A stretch of DNA of 64,000 bases from Solirubrobacterales bacterium (lineage in GTDB: Bacteria; Actinomycetota; Thermoleophilia; Solirubrobacterales; 70-9), in the NCBI GenBank assembly GCA_036378275.1, contig DASUWV010000093.1, positions 4,291-68,290 on the forward strand, written 5' to 3'. The translations under genes and the position numbers were made by a program. Shown one piece after another: positions 56,110 through 64,000 of the stretch; positions within the stretch are counted from its first letter, which is position 1; the number at the start of each line of letters is the position of its first letter. The notes below the pieces were generated by a model, which saw only the letters and a program-made list of their open reading frames with translations, did not search any database and was not told the DNA's origin.

Positions 56110-56272
56110 GATGTTTGGCTTCACGTCCCTGCACCCCTGGATGACGCACCTGGCACTTCGCATCTCTGCGTCCTCGGACTCGCCTTTGGCACCACCAAAG
56201 GCTTCGCCCTGCGTCCTTGATCTGCTTGGCCAGGTCCGCCCCCAGTCGCACAGGGACGTGAAGCCAAACATC
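56110..56272. repeat. 22-bp perfect inverted repeat with arms 56110..56131 and 56251..56272, a 119-bp spacer and a nested 8-bp hairpin
   Basis: GATGTTTGGCTTCACGTCCCTG versus CAGGGACGTGAAGCCAAACATC. The central hairpin is GCCTTTGG-cacca-CCAAAGGC (56182..56202). It lies in the dnaA-rpmH divergent spacer. Confidence 0.85.
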
Positions 56273-56299
56273 TCACCCCCGTCCGTATACTCCGCCGCC

Positions 56300-56434
56300 A
56301 TGAAGCGCACCTACCAGCCGAAGAAGCGGAAGCGGGCGAAGACCCACGGCTTTCGCGCACGCATGAGCACGCGCGGCGGGCGCGCCATCCTCAAGCGCCG
56401 CCGCCGCAAGGGCCGGAAGCGCCTCACCCCCTGA
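56300..56434 (+). CDS. rpmH: 50S ribosomal protein L34
   Basis: [44 protein letters not shown]. Confidence 0.9.
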   Translation: MKRTYQPKKRKRAKTHGFRARMSTRGGRAILKRRRRKGRKRLTP

Positions 56435-56438
56435 GCTG

Positions 56439-56795
56439 ATGGCGTCGAAACGACGGCGCCTGTCTCGCAGCGGCGAGTTCGACCGCGTGTACCGCGACGG
56501 CTCCTCCCACGCGACCCGCTATCTCGTGCTCTACACCTTCCCTCGCAAGGAGGAGGATCGGGAGGACGTGCGGCTCGGCGTCTCGGTGAGCCGGAAGGTG
56601 GGCGGCGCCGTCGACCGCAACAGGGTGAAGCGGCTCCTGCGGGAGGCCTTCTGGGCCCTGGCCGATCGCTTGCCGCCGCGACATGACTTCGTGATCGTCG
56701 CTCGATCCGAGATCAAGGACCTGATCGAGAAGGACGGCATGAACGGCGTTAAGGCGAACCTGGAAGAGGCGCTGGCGAAGGGCCGTTCCACGTGA
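56439..56795 (+). CDS. rnpA: Ribonuclease P protein component
   Basis: Follows rpmH directly. It has RLGVSVSRKVGGAVDRNRVKRLLREAF. Confidence 0.85.
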   Translation: MASKRRRLSRSGEFDRVYRDGSSHATRYLVLYTFPRKEEDREDVRLGVSVSRKVGGAVDRNRVKRLLREAFWALADRLPPRHDFVIVARSEIKDLIEKDGMNGVKANLEEALAKGRST

Positions 56796-56799
56796 AACG
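56784..56799. promoter_or_regulatory. parS-like site (CGTTCCACGTGAAACG)
   Basis: The 14-nt core GTTCCACGTGAAAC differs at one position from the consensus GTTTCACGTGAAAC. It lies at the rnpA/yidD junction, about 2.3 kb from parA. Confidence 0.45.
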
Positions 56800-57061
56800 C
56801 GTCCTTCTGGCTCCGATTCATGCCTACCAGCGCTGGATCTCACCCGCTTTTCCTCGTCGCTGCCGCTATGAGCCGACCTGCTCCGCCTACGCTGTCGAAG
56901 CCGTCGAGAAGTTCGGGGTGATCCGCGGATTTCTCCTCGCCGGATGGCGATTGCTGCGCTGCAATCCCTTCAGTCACGGCGGCTTCGACCCCGTCCCCGA
57001 TAGATTCACGCTCCGCACCGGGCCCACCCACCCGGCCGAGTACCACCGCACCCACTCATGA
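56792..57061 (+). CDS. yidD: Membrane protein insertion efficiency factor YidD
   Basis: YQRWISPAFPRRCRYEPTCSAYAVEAVEKFG...RLLRCNPFSHGGFDPVP. Confidence 0.85.
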   Translation: MKRVLLAPIHAYQRWISPAFPRRCRYEPTCSAYAVEAVEKFGVIRGFLLAGWRLLRCNPFSHGGFDPVPDRFTLRTGPTHPAEYHRTHS

Positions 57062-57828
57062 TCCTTCCCGCCGCCAACATCCTGCAGCCGCTGATCGACG
57101 TTGCCAACGCGGTTCTGAAGTTCTTCCACGACAACGTCGGCCTCAGCTGGGGAATGTCGATCATCGCCCTCACCGTGGTCACCCGCGCAGTGCTGATCCC
57201 GCTCACCTACAAACAGCTGAAAGGGATGCGGGCGATGCAGGCGCTTCAGCCCCAGATCAAAGCGCTGCAGGAGAAGTACAAAAACGACAAACAGCGCATG
57301 CAGCAGGAAATGATGCGCTTCTACAAAGAGAACAAAGTCAATCCCTTTGCTTCCTGCGTCCCGCTGCTGGCGCAGCTACCGGTCTTCATCACCCTCTTCT
57401 ACGTGCTGCGGCACGAGCTGCCGCCGGACATGGGCTGCCCGGAAGCGGGCCATTGCGCGGCCTATGGAGCCGAATTCTTCTTCATCAAGGACCTGACGGC
57501 GAAGGCGACCGGGGGCGAACTGATCGCGCTGCTGATCCTCTACATCGGCACCCAGCTGGTCTCGGGGATGGTCATGTCGCTCTCGGCTGACAAAAGCCAG
57601 CGGACGATGATGTTCCTGCTGCCGCTGATCTTCGTCCCCTTCATCCTCAAATTCCCAGCCGGGCTGATCCTCTACTGGATCACCACCAACTTCTGGACGA
57701 TCGGCCAGCAGTTGGTGATGAAAAAGGTGATCCCGGTGCCTGTCGCCGCGACCCCCGAAGGGGCCGCGGCAATCCAAGCGGCAAAACCGCCCCCGCCCCC
57801 TCCTCGGAAGAAAAAGAAGCGACGCTAG
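57058..57828 (+). CDS. yidC: Membrane protein insertase YidC (short form)
   Basis: IIALTVVTRAVLIPL, MQALQPQIKALQEKYKND, NPFASCVPLLAQLPVFI and AGLILYWITTNFWTIGQQ. Confidence 0.85.
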   Translation: MILPAANILQPLIDVANAVLKFFHDNVGLSWGMSIIALTVVTRAVLIPLTYKQLKGMRAMQALQPQIKALQEKYKNDKQRMQQEMMRFYKENKVNPFASCVPLLAQLPVFITLFYVLRHELPPDMGCPEAGHCAAYGAEFFFIKDLTAKATGGELIALLILYIGTQLVSGMVMSLSADKSQRTMMFLLPLIFVPFILKFPAGLILYWITTNFWTIGQQLVMKKVIPVPVAATPEGAAAIQAAKPPPPPPRKKKKRR

Positions 57829-57837
57829 GAGAGGGGA

Positions 57838-58518
57838 CTATCCCTCCGGTCGCTTCTTGGCGATGCCCGGCTTGCGTGGAAGGTTCGGAGGGGTCTCGCC
57901 GGACTTGCGGATGACGTGGAGGTGGCGGTGTTCGCTGCCGGCGCGGTTGCCGACGTCGAGGATCTGCTGCGGGGCCATCGCCAGGGCTTCGGCGGCCCGC
58001 TCCAGCTGCTCTTCCTCGTCCGCGTCTCGCTTGCCCTTCCAGGCGACAAGCACCCCGTCAGGCTTCAGCAGCGGCGAGGCGAGCTCGGCGAGCGTCGAGA
58101 GACGGCCGACGGCACGGGCGGTGACCGCGTCGTAGGCCTCACGCCCCCCTGACGCAGCCCAGTCCTCGGAGCGAGTGTTGCGGACGACCGCGTTGCCGAT
58201 CCCCGCCGCCTCCACCGCCCGCCGCATGAACTCGCACTTGCGGCCCACCGACTCGATCAGGTCCACCTGTGCCTGCGGCAGGGCGACGGCGAGGACGAGG
58301 CCCGGAAACCCCGCTCCAGAGCCGATGTCGGCGATGCGGGCGGCCGAGTGCAGCTCCGGGACCTCTAGCCCCGTGAGGCTGTCGACGACGTGGACCCACC
58401 AGGCGCGATCGTCGACTACCGAGCTGACCGAGGCCCGCTCCGCGGCTAACAGGGAGAGGACGACTTCGAGCTTTTCCCGGCCGGCGCCGGCGAGCGCCCC
58501 GGCGGGATCCGGTCTCAC
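57838..58518 (-). CDS. rsmG: 16S rRNA (guanine527-N7)-methyltransferase
   Basis: IADIGSGAGFPGLVLAV, LIESVGRKCEFM and DAVTARAV motifs. Confidence 0.85.
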   Translation of the reverse strand: MRPDPAGALAGAGREKLEVVLSLLAAERASVSSVVDDRAWWVHVVDSLTGLEVPELHSAARIADIGSGAGFPGLVLAVALPQAQVDLIESVGRKCEFMRRAVEAAGIGNAVVRNTRSEDWAASGGREAYDAVTARAVGRLSTLAELASPLLKPDGVLVAWKGKRDADEEEQLERAAEALAMAPQQILDVGNRAGSEHRHLHVIRKSGETPPNLPRKPGIAKKRPEG

Positions 58519-58997
58519 TCGGGCAGCAGCGGCGCGACGATCACGCAGCGGCGGGGCTCGTCGCCCTCGCTGTAGGTCTCGACGCCGGAGCGGTCCTTGA
58601 GGCGTTCGTGGATGACGCGCCGTTCCTGCGCGCTCATCGGGTCCATCTCGACGACCCGGTTGTTGGTCAGCGCCTGCTCGGCGGCACGGTCGGCACGGCC
58701 CTCGAGGGTCTCGCGGCGGCGCTCGCGGTAGCCCGCGGCGTCGACGATGACCCGCTTGCGCTCGCGCATGCCGCGGAAGGCGGCCTGGTAGCAGAGCAGC
58801 TGCAGGGCGTCGATCGTCTGCCCCCGCTTGCCGATCAGGAGCCCGTAGTCGTCGTCGCCCTCGACCGTGAGCAGGATCCGCTCCTCGTCCTCCTCGACGA
58901 CCACCTCGCCGCCGAGGTCGAGCTCGTCCAGGACCCCCTCCACGAGCTCCTGCGCGCGCTCGGCGGGATCGTCGGGCCAGTCGAAGCTTTCGGACAC
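58515..58997 (-). CDS. jag: Jag-like RNA-binding protein (KH and R3H domains)
   Basis: LLIGKRGQTIDALQ (KH) and MSAQERRVIHERL (R3H). The start was trimmed to GTG 58997. Confidence 0.8.
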   Translation of the reverse strand: MSESFDWPDDPAERAQELVEGVLDELDLGGEVVVEEDEERILLTVEGDDDYGLLIGKRGQTIDALQLLCYQAAFRGMRERKRVIVDAAGYRERRRETLEGRADRAAEQALTNNRVVEMDPMSAQERRVIHERLKDRSGVETYSEGDEPRRCVIVAPLLPE

Positions 58998-59060
58998 GGG
59001 CGGGAGGCTATCCGACCGCCTCGAAACGCGCCGGGGAGTGGCTTGTCTAGGCTGAGCGCG

Positions 59061-59819
59061 ATGGGAAAGGTCTACGCGGTCGCGAACCAGAAGGGCGGCG
59101 TCGGGAAGACGACGACCGCCGTCAACCTGGCTTCCTGCGCCGCCGCCGAGGGGGAGCAGACGCTGCTCGTCGACCTCGACCCCCAGTGCAACGCCACCGT
59201 GGCCCTGGGTGGCGACCGCGACCTTCACCCTTCTTCCTACGACTGCCTGACCGGCGAAACGTCGGTGGCGGAGGCGGCCCGCCCCGCCGGCCCCGACAAC
59301 CTCTGGCTGGTGCCCGCCAGCCGGGACCTCGCAGGGGCTGCCGTCGAGTTGCCGCGGATCCAGGGATCGGAGACCCGCTTGCGCGAGCGCCTGGGTCCGG
59401 TTCGGGAGCGCTTCTCGGTCACCCTGCTCGACTGCCCGCCCTCGCTCGGCCCGGTCAGCGTCAACGCCCTGGTCGCCGCCGACCGCGTGATCGTGCCTGT
59501 CCAGGCGGAGTACCTGGCGCTCGAGGGCCTGGTGCAGTTCCTCGAAACCCTGGGGCTCATCCGCCGTGAGCTGAACCCTCAGCTTGAGGTTTCGGGTTTG
59601 CTGATCACCATGCATGACGAGCGCACCCGCCTCGCCCAGGACGTCGAGGCCGAGCTGCGCGACCACTTCGACGGGATGGTCTTCGAGACCGTCATCCCCC
59701 GCAGCGTTCGAGTCGCCGAGTCGCCGAGCTATGGTCTTCCCGTGACCGAGCACGCGCCCTCGTCTCACGGTGCCGTCGCCTACCGTGCCCTCGCAAGGGA
59801 GCTGGCGAGCCGTGGCTAG
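59061..59819 (+). CDS. parA: Chromosome partitioning ATPase ParA/Soj
   Basis: MGKVYAVANQKGGVGKTTTAVNLA (deviant Walker A) and LLDCPPSLG. Confidence 0.9.
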   Translation: MGKVYAVANQKGGVGKTTTAVNLASCAAAEGEQTLLVDLDPQCNATVALGGDRDLHPSSYDCLTGETSVAEAARPAGPDNLWLVPASRDLAGAAVELPRIQGSETRLRERLGPVRERFSVTLLDCPPSLGPVSVNALVAADRVIVPVQAEYLALEGLVQFLETLGLIRRELNPQLEVSGLLITMHDERTRLAQDVEAELRDHFDGMVFETVIPRSVRVAESPSYGLPVTEHAPSSHGAVAYRALARELASRG

Positions 59820-60678
59820 CAACCGGCGGGGCATCGGCCGCGGCCTGGCGGCGATTCTGCCGGAAACCGAGGCGACCGACGCCGGCGAGCTGCGCGAGCT
59901 GCCGGTCTCGTTGATCAAGCCCAACCCCTCGCAGCCGCGCACCAACTTCGACGAGGAGGCTCTTGCAGCCCTCGCCGCCTCGATCGAGACGAGCGGCGTC
60001 GTCCAGCCGCTCCTGGTCCGCCCCCTTCCCGACGGCAGCTACGAGCTGGTCGCCGGCGAGCGGCGCTGGCGGGCCGCCCGGCAGGCGGGCCTGGAGAAGG
60101 TGCCGGCCGTCGTCCGCGACCAGGCCGAAGCCGAGCGCCTGCAGGCGGCGCTGATCGAGAACATGGTCCGCGAGGACCTGAACCCGGTCGAGGAGGCGCG
60201 CGCCTGCTCCGCGTTGGTCGAGGACCTCGGCCTGACCAAAGAGGAGCTGGCGAGACGGGTCGGCCGCAGCCGGCCCGCGGTCTCGAACCTGATCCGCCTG
60301 CTCGAGCTGCCGGACGAGGCGCTGGAGCTGCTCGAGTCCGGCGACCTCAGCGAGGGCCACGGGAAGGCGCTGCTCGGCGCGCAGGGCAACGACGTCCGCC
60401 GCCGCCTCGCCCGCGACGCCGCCCGCGGCGGCTGGTCGGTCCGCGAAACCGAGGAGAGGGTTCGGCTGGCTGGCCAGCCAAGAGCGAGACCGAGGCGTGC
60501 CCCCGCGGACCCCGACGCCGTCGCCGCCCTGCGCGACGCCGCCGACGCCCTCGAGGAGGCGATCGGCCACGAAGTCACGACCCGCGCCAAAGGGGAGGGG
60601 ATCGTCGCCGAGCTCCGCTTCGACGACGTCCGCGACGCCCACGCCCTCGCCCGCCGCCTGCGCAAGCGCCCGAACTGA
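59812..60678 (+). CDS. parB: Chromosome partitioning protein ParB/Spo0J
   Basis: GIGRGLAAILPE, QPRTNFDEEAL, VAGERRWRAA and ENMVREDLNPVEEA. The GTG start overlaps the end of parA. Confidence 0.9.
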   Translation: MASNRRGIGRGLAAILPETEATDAGELRELPVSLIKPNPSQPRTNFDEEALAALAASIETSGVVQPLLVRPLPDGSYELVAGERRWRAARQAGLEKVPAVVRDQAEAERLQAALIENMVREDLNPVEEARACSALVEDLGLTKEELARRVGRSRPAVSNLIRLLELPDEALELLESGDLSEGHGKALLGAQGNDVRRRLARDAARGGWSVRETEERVRLAGQPRARPRRAPADPDAVAALRDAADALEEAIGHEVTTRAKGEGIVAELRFDDVRDAHALARRLRKRPN

Positions 60679-60722
60679 CCGATGGCGCCGACTGTTCCGC
60701 CGCCGCTATCATCGCCATCCCC

Positions 60723-60796
<74 letters not shown>

Positions 60797-60880
60797 TCGG
60801 CGCATGTTGGGTAGCGCCCCTTTCTGAGCGGGTACATGCTCGACCTATAATTCGCGGTCCAACCAGGTCGGGAGCTTCTC

Positions 60881-61372
60881 TTGCAGCAGATGCAGATCTA
60901 TGGGGTCAGTTTCGACATGGTCGGCAAGCAGCCGATCGTGCTGCTGAAGACCGTGGACGGCAACCGCTTCCTGCCGATCTGGATCGGCCATCCGGAGGCG
61001 GCGGCGATCCTGATGAAGCTGCAGGGGGCCTCGACGCCGCGGCCGATGACCCACGACCTGCTCTCCGACGTGCTCGAGAACCTCGACGCGAAGTGCGAGC
61101 GGGTGGCGGTGACCGAACTGCGCGACAACACCTTCTACGCCTCGATCACGGTCTCGATCAACGGCTCGGAAGTCGAGATCGACTCCCGTCCCTCCGACGC
61201 CCTCGCCCTCGCGGTCCGCGTCGCCGCCCCGATCTTCGCGGCCGAGGAGGTCATCGAGGAGTCGGCGATCGAGTTCGAGCACGAGGTCGAGGACACCGAG
61301 GAAGTGGTCGACAAATTCAAAGAGTTCCTCGACGAAGTAACCCCCGAGGACTTTGCGCAGGGAGACTCTTAG
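60881..61372 (+). CDS. Bifunctional nuclease family protein (DUF151/BFN domain)
   Basis: PIVLLKTVDGNRFLPIWIGHPEAAAI...RPMTHDLL...SRPSDALALAVR. The true start may be ATG 60890. Confidence 0.7.
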   Translation: MQQMQIYGVSFDMVGKQPIVLLKTVDGNRFLPIWIGHPEAAAILMKLQGASTPRPMTHDLLSDVLENLDAKCERVAVTELRDNTFYASITVSINGSEVEIDSRPSDALALAVRVAAPIFAAEEVIEESAIEFEHEVEDTEEVVDKFKEFLDEVTPEDFAQGDS

Positions 61373-62301
61373 GCAGCAGCCGGCTTCAGTGCCAGGTCGA
61401 GGATCCGCTCGACCAGCTGCTCGAAGGAGAGGCCCGCCGCCTCGGCGGCCTGGGGGAGGAGGCTGGTGTCGGTGAGGCCGGGGATCGCGTTCGCCTCCAG
61501 CAGCCACGGGCCCTCGGCGCCGAGGATCAGGTCGATGCGGGCGAAGCCGGTGCAGCCGAGGGCGCGGTATGTGGCGAGCGCCGCCTCGGTGACCGCGCGC
61601 TCCTCCTCGGCCCCCAGCTCAGCGGGGCAGGCGAAGCGGGTGCGGCCGATCTCGTAGCGGGCCTCGAAGTCGTAGCGGTCGCCTTCGAGCAGGATCGCCT
61701 CGACCACCGGCAGCGGCTCGTCGCCGAGGATGCTGACCGCGAGCTCGCGGCCGTCGACGAAGCGCTCGAGCAGAACCCGGTCGTCGTAGCTGAAGGCGGA
61801 GACGAGGGCTTGGGGCACCTCGCCGGCCGAGCGGGCGAACTTGACCCCGAGCGAGGAGCCGCCGCGGCTGGGCTTGACGACGAGCGGGAAGCCGAGCGTC
61901 TCCTCCAGCCGCCCGAGCGCGTCGGCGGCGCCGAACTCGCGGAAGGCGGTCTGGTTGAAGGCGAACCAGTCGGGGGTGGGGAGGCCGGCGTCCTCGATCG
62001 CGTCCTTGGCCTGGACCTTGTCCATGCAGCGGGCGCAGGCCGCCGCGCCGGGGCCGGTGAAGGGGATGCCGAGGATCTCCAGCAGCTCCTGCACGGTGCC
62101 GTCCTCGCCGCCGACCCCGTGCATGGCGACGAAGGCGACCTCGGGCCGCTCGGCGACCAGCTTCTTGACCAGGTCTGGGCCGACGTCGATCGGCAGCACT
62201 TCGTGCCCCAGTCGCTCGAGCGCGTCCTCGACGCGCGCCCCGGAGCGCAGCGACACCCCGCGCTCCAGCGACCGCCCGCCCTTGAGAACCGCGACCTTCA
62301 C
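61369..62301 (-). CDS. ddl: D-alanine--D-alanine ligase, second paralog (DdlB-like)
   Basis: VKVAVLKGGRSLERGVSL, HGVGGEDGTVQELLE, KPSRGGSSLGV and EANAIPGLT. The GTG start overlaps the stop of the upstream aminotransferase (GTGA). Confidence 0.85.
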   Translation of the reverse strand: MKVAVLKGGRSLERGVSLRSGARVEDALERLGHEVLPIDVGPDLVKKLVAERPEVAFVAMHGVGGEDGTVQELLEILGIPFTGPGAAACARCMDKVQAKDAIEDAGLPTPDWFAFNQTAFREFGAADALGRLEETLGFPLVVKPSRGGSSLGVKFARSAGEVPQALVSAFSYDDRVLLERFVDGRELAVSILGDEPLPVVEAILLEGDRYDFEARYEIGRTRFACPAELGAEEERAVTEAALATYRALGCTGFARIDLILGAEGPWLLEANAIPGLTDTSLLPQAAEAAGLSFEQLVERILDLALKPAAA

Positions 62302-63653
62302 GCTTCCTCCGCCTTGCGGAACGGAAGCACGTTCGGCTCCGGCTCCTCCGCCGGCTCGGGCAGCCGCTGTTCCCCGGTCAGCGCGCCGTAGAGCTCGACC
62401 TGCTCGGCGATCACCTTGCCGATCCGCCGAACCCCCTCGCGGATTTCCTCCTCGGTGACGCCGGAGAAGTTGAGCCGCATCGAGTGGGTGCCGCGGCCGT
62501 CGACGTAGGCGCCCTGGCCGGGGACGAAGGCGACGTCGGCGCGCAGCGCCTTCGCCAGCAGGTCGTTGGTGTCGATGTAGTCCGGCAGCGTCGCCCAGAT
62601 GAAGAGGCCGCCCTCGGGCTCGGTCCAGGTCGCCTCGGCGGGGAAGTGCATCCGCAGCGCTTCGAGCATCGTGTCGCGGCGGGTGCGGTAGATCTCGACC
62701 AGGTCGTCGATGTAGTGCTGCCAGCGCCGTTCGGCGAAGTACTCGCGGACGAAGTACTGGGTCAGGGTCGAGGTGCAGAGGTCGGCGGCCTGCTTGCCGA
62801 GGACGATCTTCTCCATCACCGGCGGCGGCGCCACCGCCCAGCCGAGGCGGATCCCCGGAGAGAGGATCTTCGAGAAGGTGCCGAGGTAGATGACGAAGTC
62901 GCCGCCGTCGAGCTGGTAGAGCGGCGGCATCGGCTCGCCGCTGTAGCGCAGCAGCCCGTAGGGGTTGTCCTCGACGACGAGGACCTCCTCCTCGCGTGCG
63001 AGCTCGACCAGCCGCCGCCGCCGCTCGAGCGACATCGTCACCCCGGCCGGGTTCTGGAAGCTCGGCACCGAGTAGATGAATTTCGGGCGGCGTCCCTCCT
63101 CGCGCAGCTCGCCGAGCAGCTTTTCGAGCACTTCGATCTGCATCCCGTCCTCGTCGCATTCGACCTGGACCACGTCGGCCTGGTAGCTGCAGAAGACCGG
63201 GACCGCGCCGGGGTAGGTCGGCGCCTCGCAGACGACGACGTCGCCGGGGTCGACCAGCGTCTTGCAGACGAGGTCGATCGCCTGCTGGCCGCCGGTGGTG
63301 ACGATGACGTCGTCGTGGTCGGGAAGCATCCCCTCCGCGCCCATCACCTCGAGGATGCAGTCCTTGGTCTCCTCGAAGCCCTCGGTCGGCCCGTACTGGA
63401 GCGCTTTCGCCGCCGACTCCTGGGCGATCCGCGTCATCTGTGCGGCAAAGCTCTGCGGCGGGAAGGTCGAGGTGTCGGGGAGCCCGCCGGCGAGCGAGAT
63501 GACTTCGGGGCGGGCGGTTATCGCCATCAGGTCCCGCATCGCCGAGGAGCGCATCACCCCGGTCCGCTCGGCGAAGAGGCCGGCGTAGCGCTCGAGGTCG
63601 CGGGTGCCGGCGTGGGCGCGCCTTCTGTGGGTCGGCTCGGGCACTTCGCTCAT
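62298..63653 (-). CDS. PLP-dependent aminotransferase, class I/II (2-aminoadipate/aromatic aminotransferase-like)
   Basis: ISLAGGLPD, YGPTEGF, NPAGVTMS and GTFSKILSPGIRLGW (the PLP lysine motif). The start was trimmed to ATG 63653. Confidence 0.8.
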   Translation of the reverse strand: MSEVPEPTHRRRAHAGTRDLERYAGLFAERTGVMRSSAMRDLMAITARPEVISLAGGLPDTSTFPPQSFAAQMTRIAQESAAKALQYGPTEGFEETKDCILEVMGAEGMLPDHDDVIVTTGGQQAIDLVCKTLVDPGDVVVCEAPTYPGAVPVFCSYQADVVQVECDEDGMQIEVLEKLLGELREEGRRPKFIYSVPSFQNPAGVTMSLERRRRLVELAREEEVLVVEDNPYGLLRYSGEPMPPLYQLDGGDFVIYLGTFSKILSPGIRLGWAVAPPPVMEKIVLGKQAADLCTSTLTQYFVREYFAERRWQHYIDDLVEIYRTRRDTMLEALRMHFPAEATWTEPEGGLFIWATLPDYIDTNDLLAKALRADVAFVPGQGAYVDGRGTHSMRLNFSGVTEEEIREGVRRIGKVIAEQVELYGALTGEQRLPEPAEEPEPNVLPFRKAEEA

Positions 63654-63707
63654 CTTGGAAGTGTGGCGGATCGACGCGCGGTCGCTCCCCTCGTTAGGTT
63701 TTCGCAC

Positions 63708-64000
63708 GTGGACATTCTCACCGACCTCGGGATCGGCATCGCGATCGGGATGCTCGCCGGCACCACCGGCACCCACGGCTCCGCCCGGGGCCGGATGACG
63801 ATCCTGGCCGCGGTGATCGGCCTCATCGCCGGCTTCCTGATCGACGGCGCCGTCGGGGCCCTGGCCGCCGCGGTGGGCGCCGCCCTCGGCTGCATCGTCC
63901 TCAGCGACCTCATCTACGGCGCCAGCCGCCGCGAGGGCAGCGGCGCCGGCGCCCTCGCCTTCCTCGTCGCCCTGGCGGCGCTGGTCGTGATCGCAATCGC
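63708..64000 (+). CDS. Gly/Ala-rich small membrane protein, 3' end outside the window
   Basis: My own translation from GTG 63708: VDILTDLGIGIAIGMLAGTTG...ILAAVIGLIAGFLIDGAVGALAAAVGAALGCIVL... There is no stop before the window end and GC3 bias is strong. Confidence 0.4.
   Translation, partial: MDILTDLGIGIAIGMLAGTTGTHGSARGRMTILAAVIGLIAGFLIDGAVGALAAAVGAALGCIVLSDLIYGASRREGSGAGALAFLVALAALVVIAI

Noticed and set aside
56110-56272. Interpreting the 163-bp inverted-repeat unit as a MITE or other mobile element.
   Set aside because: No target-site duplication flanks the arms (…atttg | … | tcacc…), no second copy is seen in this window, and no transposase is nearby. It is kept as an unexplained repeat rather than called mobile.
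57829-57837. Possible bidirectional terminator hairpin at the yidC/rsmG convergent junction (GGAGAGGGGActaTCCCTCC).
   Set aside because: Only about 4-5 contiguous base pairs form, one of them a wobble, and there is no T tract on either strand.

Overview
High-GC (about 70-77% in hand-counted coding samples) Actinomycetota-like chromosomal window centred on the replication origin. The minus strand carries dnaA-dnaN-recF-DUF721(dciA-like)-gyrB-gyrA. The plus strand carries rpmH-rnpA-yidD-yidC, then an inverted jag-rsmG block, then parA-parB and a tRNA-Ile(GAU). The window also holds the conserved fhaA-fhaB-pstP-rodA-pbpA-pknB operon (ending in ddl) and a roughly 10-kb Wzx/Wzy-type cell-envelope polysaccharide cluster. 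Other content: a LexA-box-controlled ImuB-like/DnaE2 mutasome, three tandem TetR genes, metF, purM, uppP, dedA, pheA, a DesA3-like desaturase with its reductase, two further Ser/Thr kinases and several GNAT and winged-helix genes. I found no CRISPR array, rRNA, transposase or prophage genes. The best candidate for an undescribed system is a low-GC islet (11686..12911) encoding an orphan GHKL ATPase and a DUF4325/STAS-like partner with no sigma factor or phosphatase nearby. Other notable points are an in-frame amber codon in recF, an apparent AUC start for fhaA, and an apparently split ImuB with no ImuA. There is also a 22-bp perfect inverted repeat in the rpmH-dnaA spacer, a short dnaA-dnaN oriC candidate with five co-oriented DnaA-box-like motifs, a phased TTTGGA array upstream of purM, and an E. 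coli-type insertion in GyrB. All calls come from reading the translated ORFs and the DNA by eye; no database search was run.
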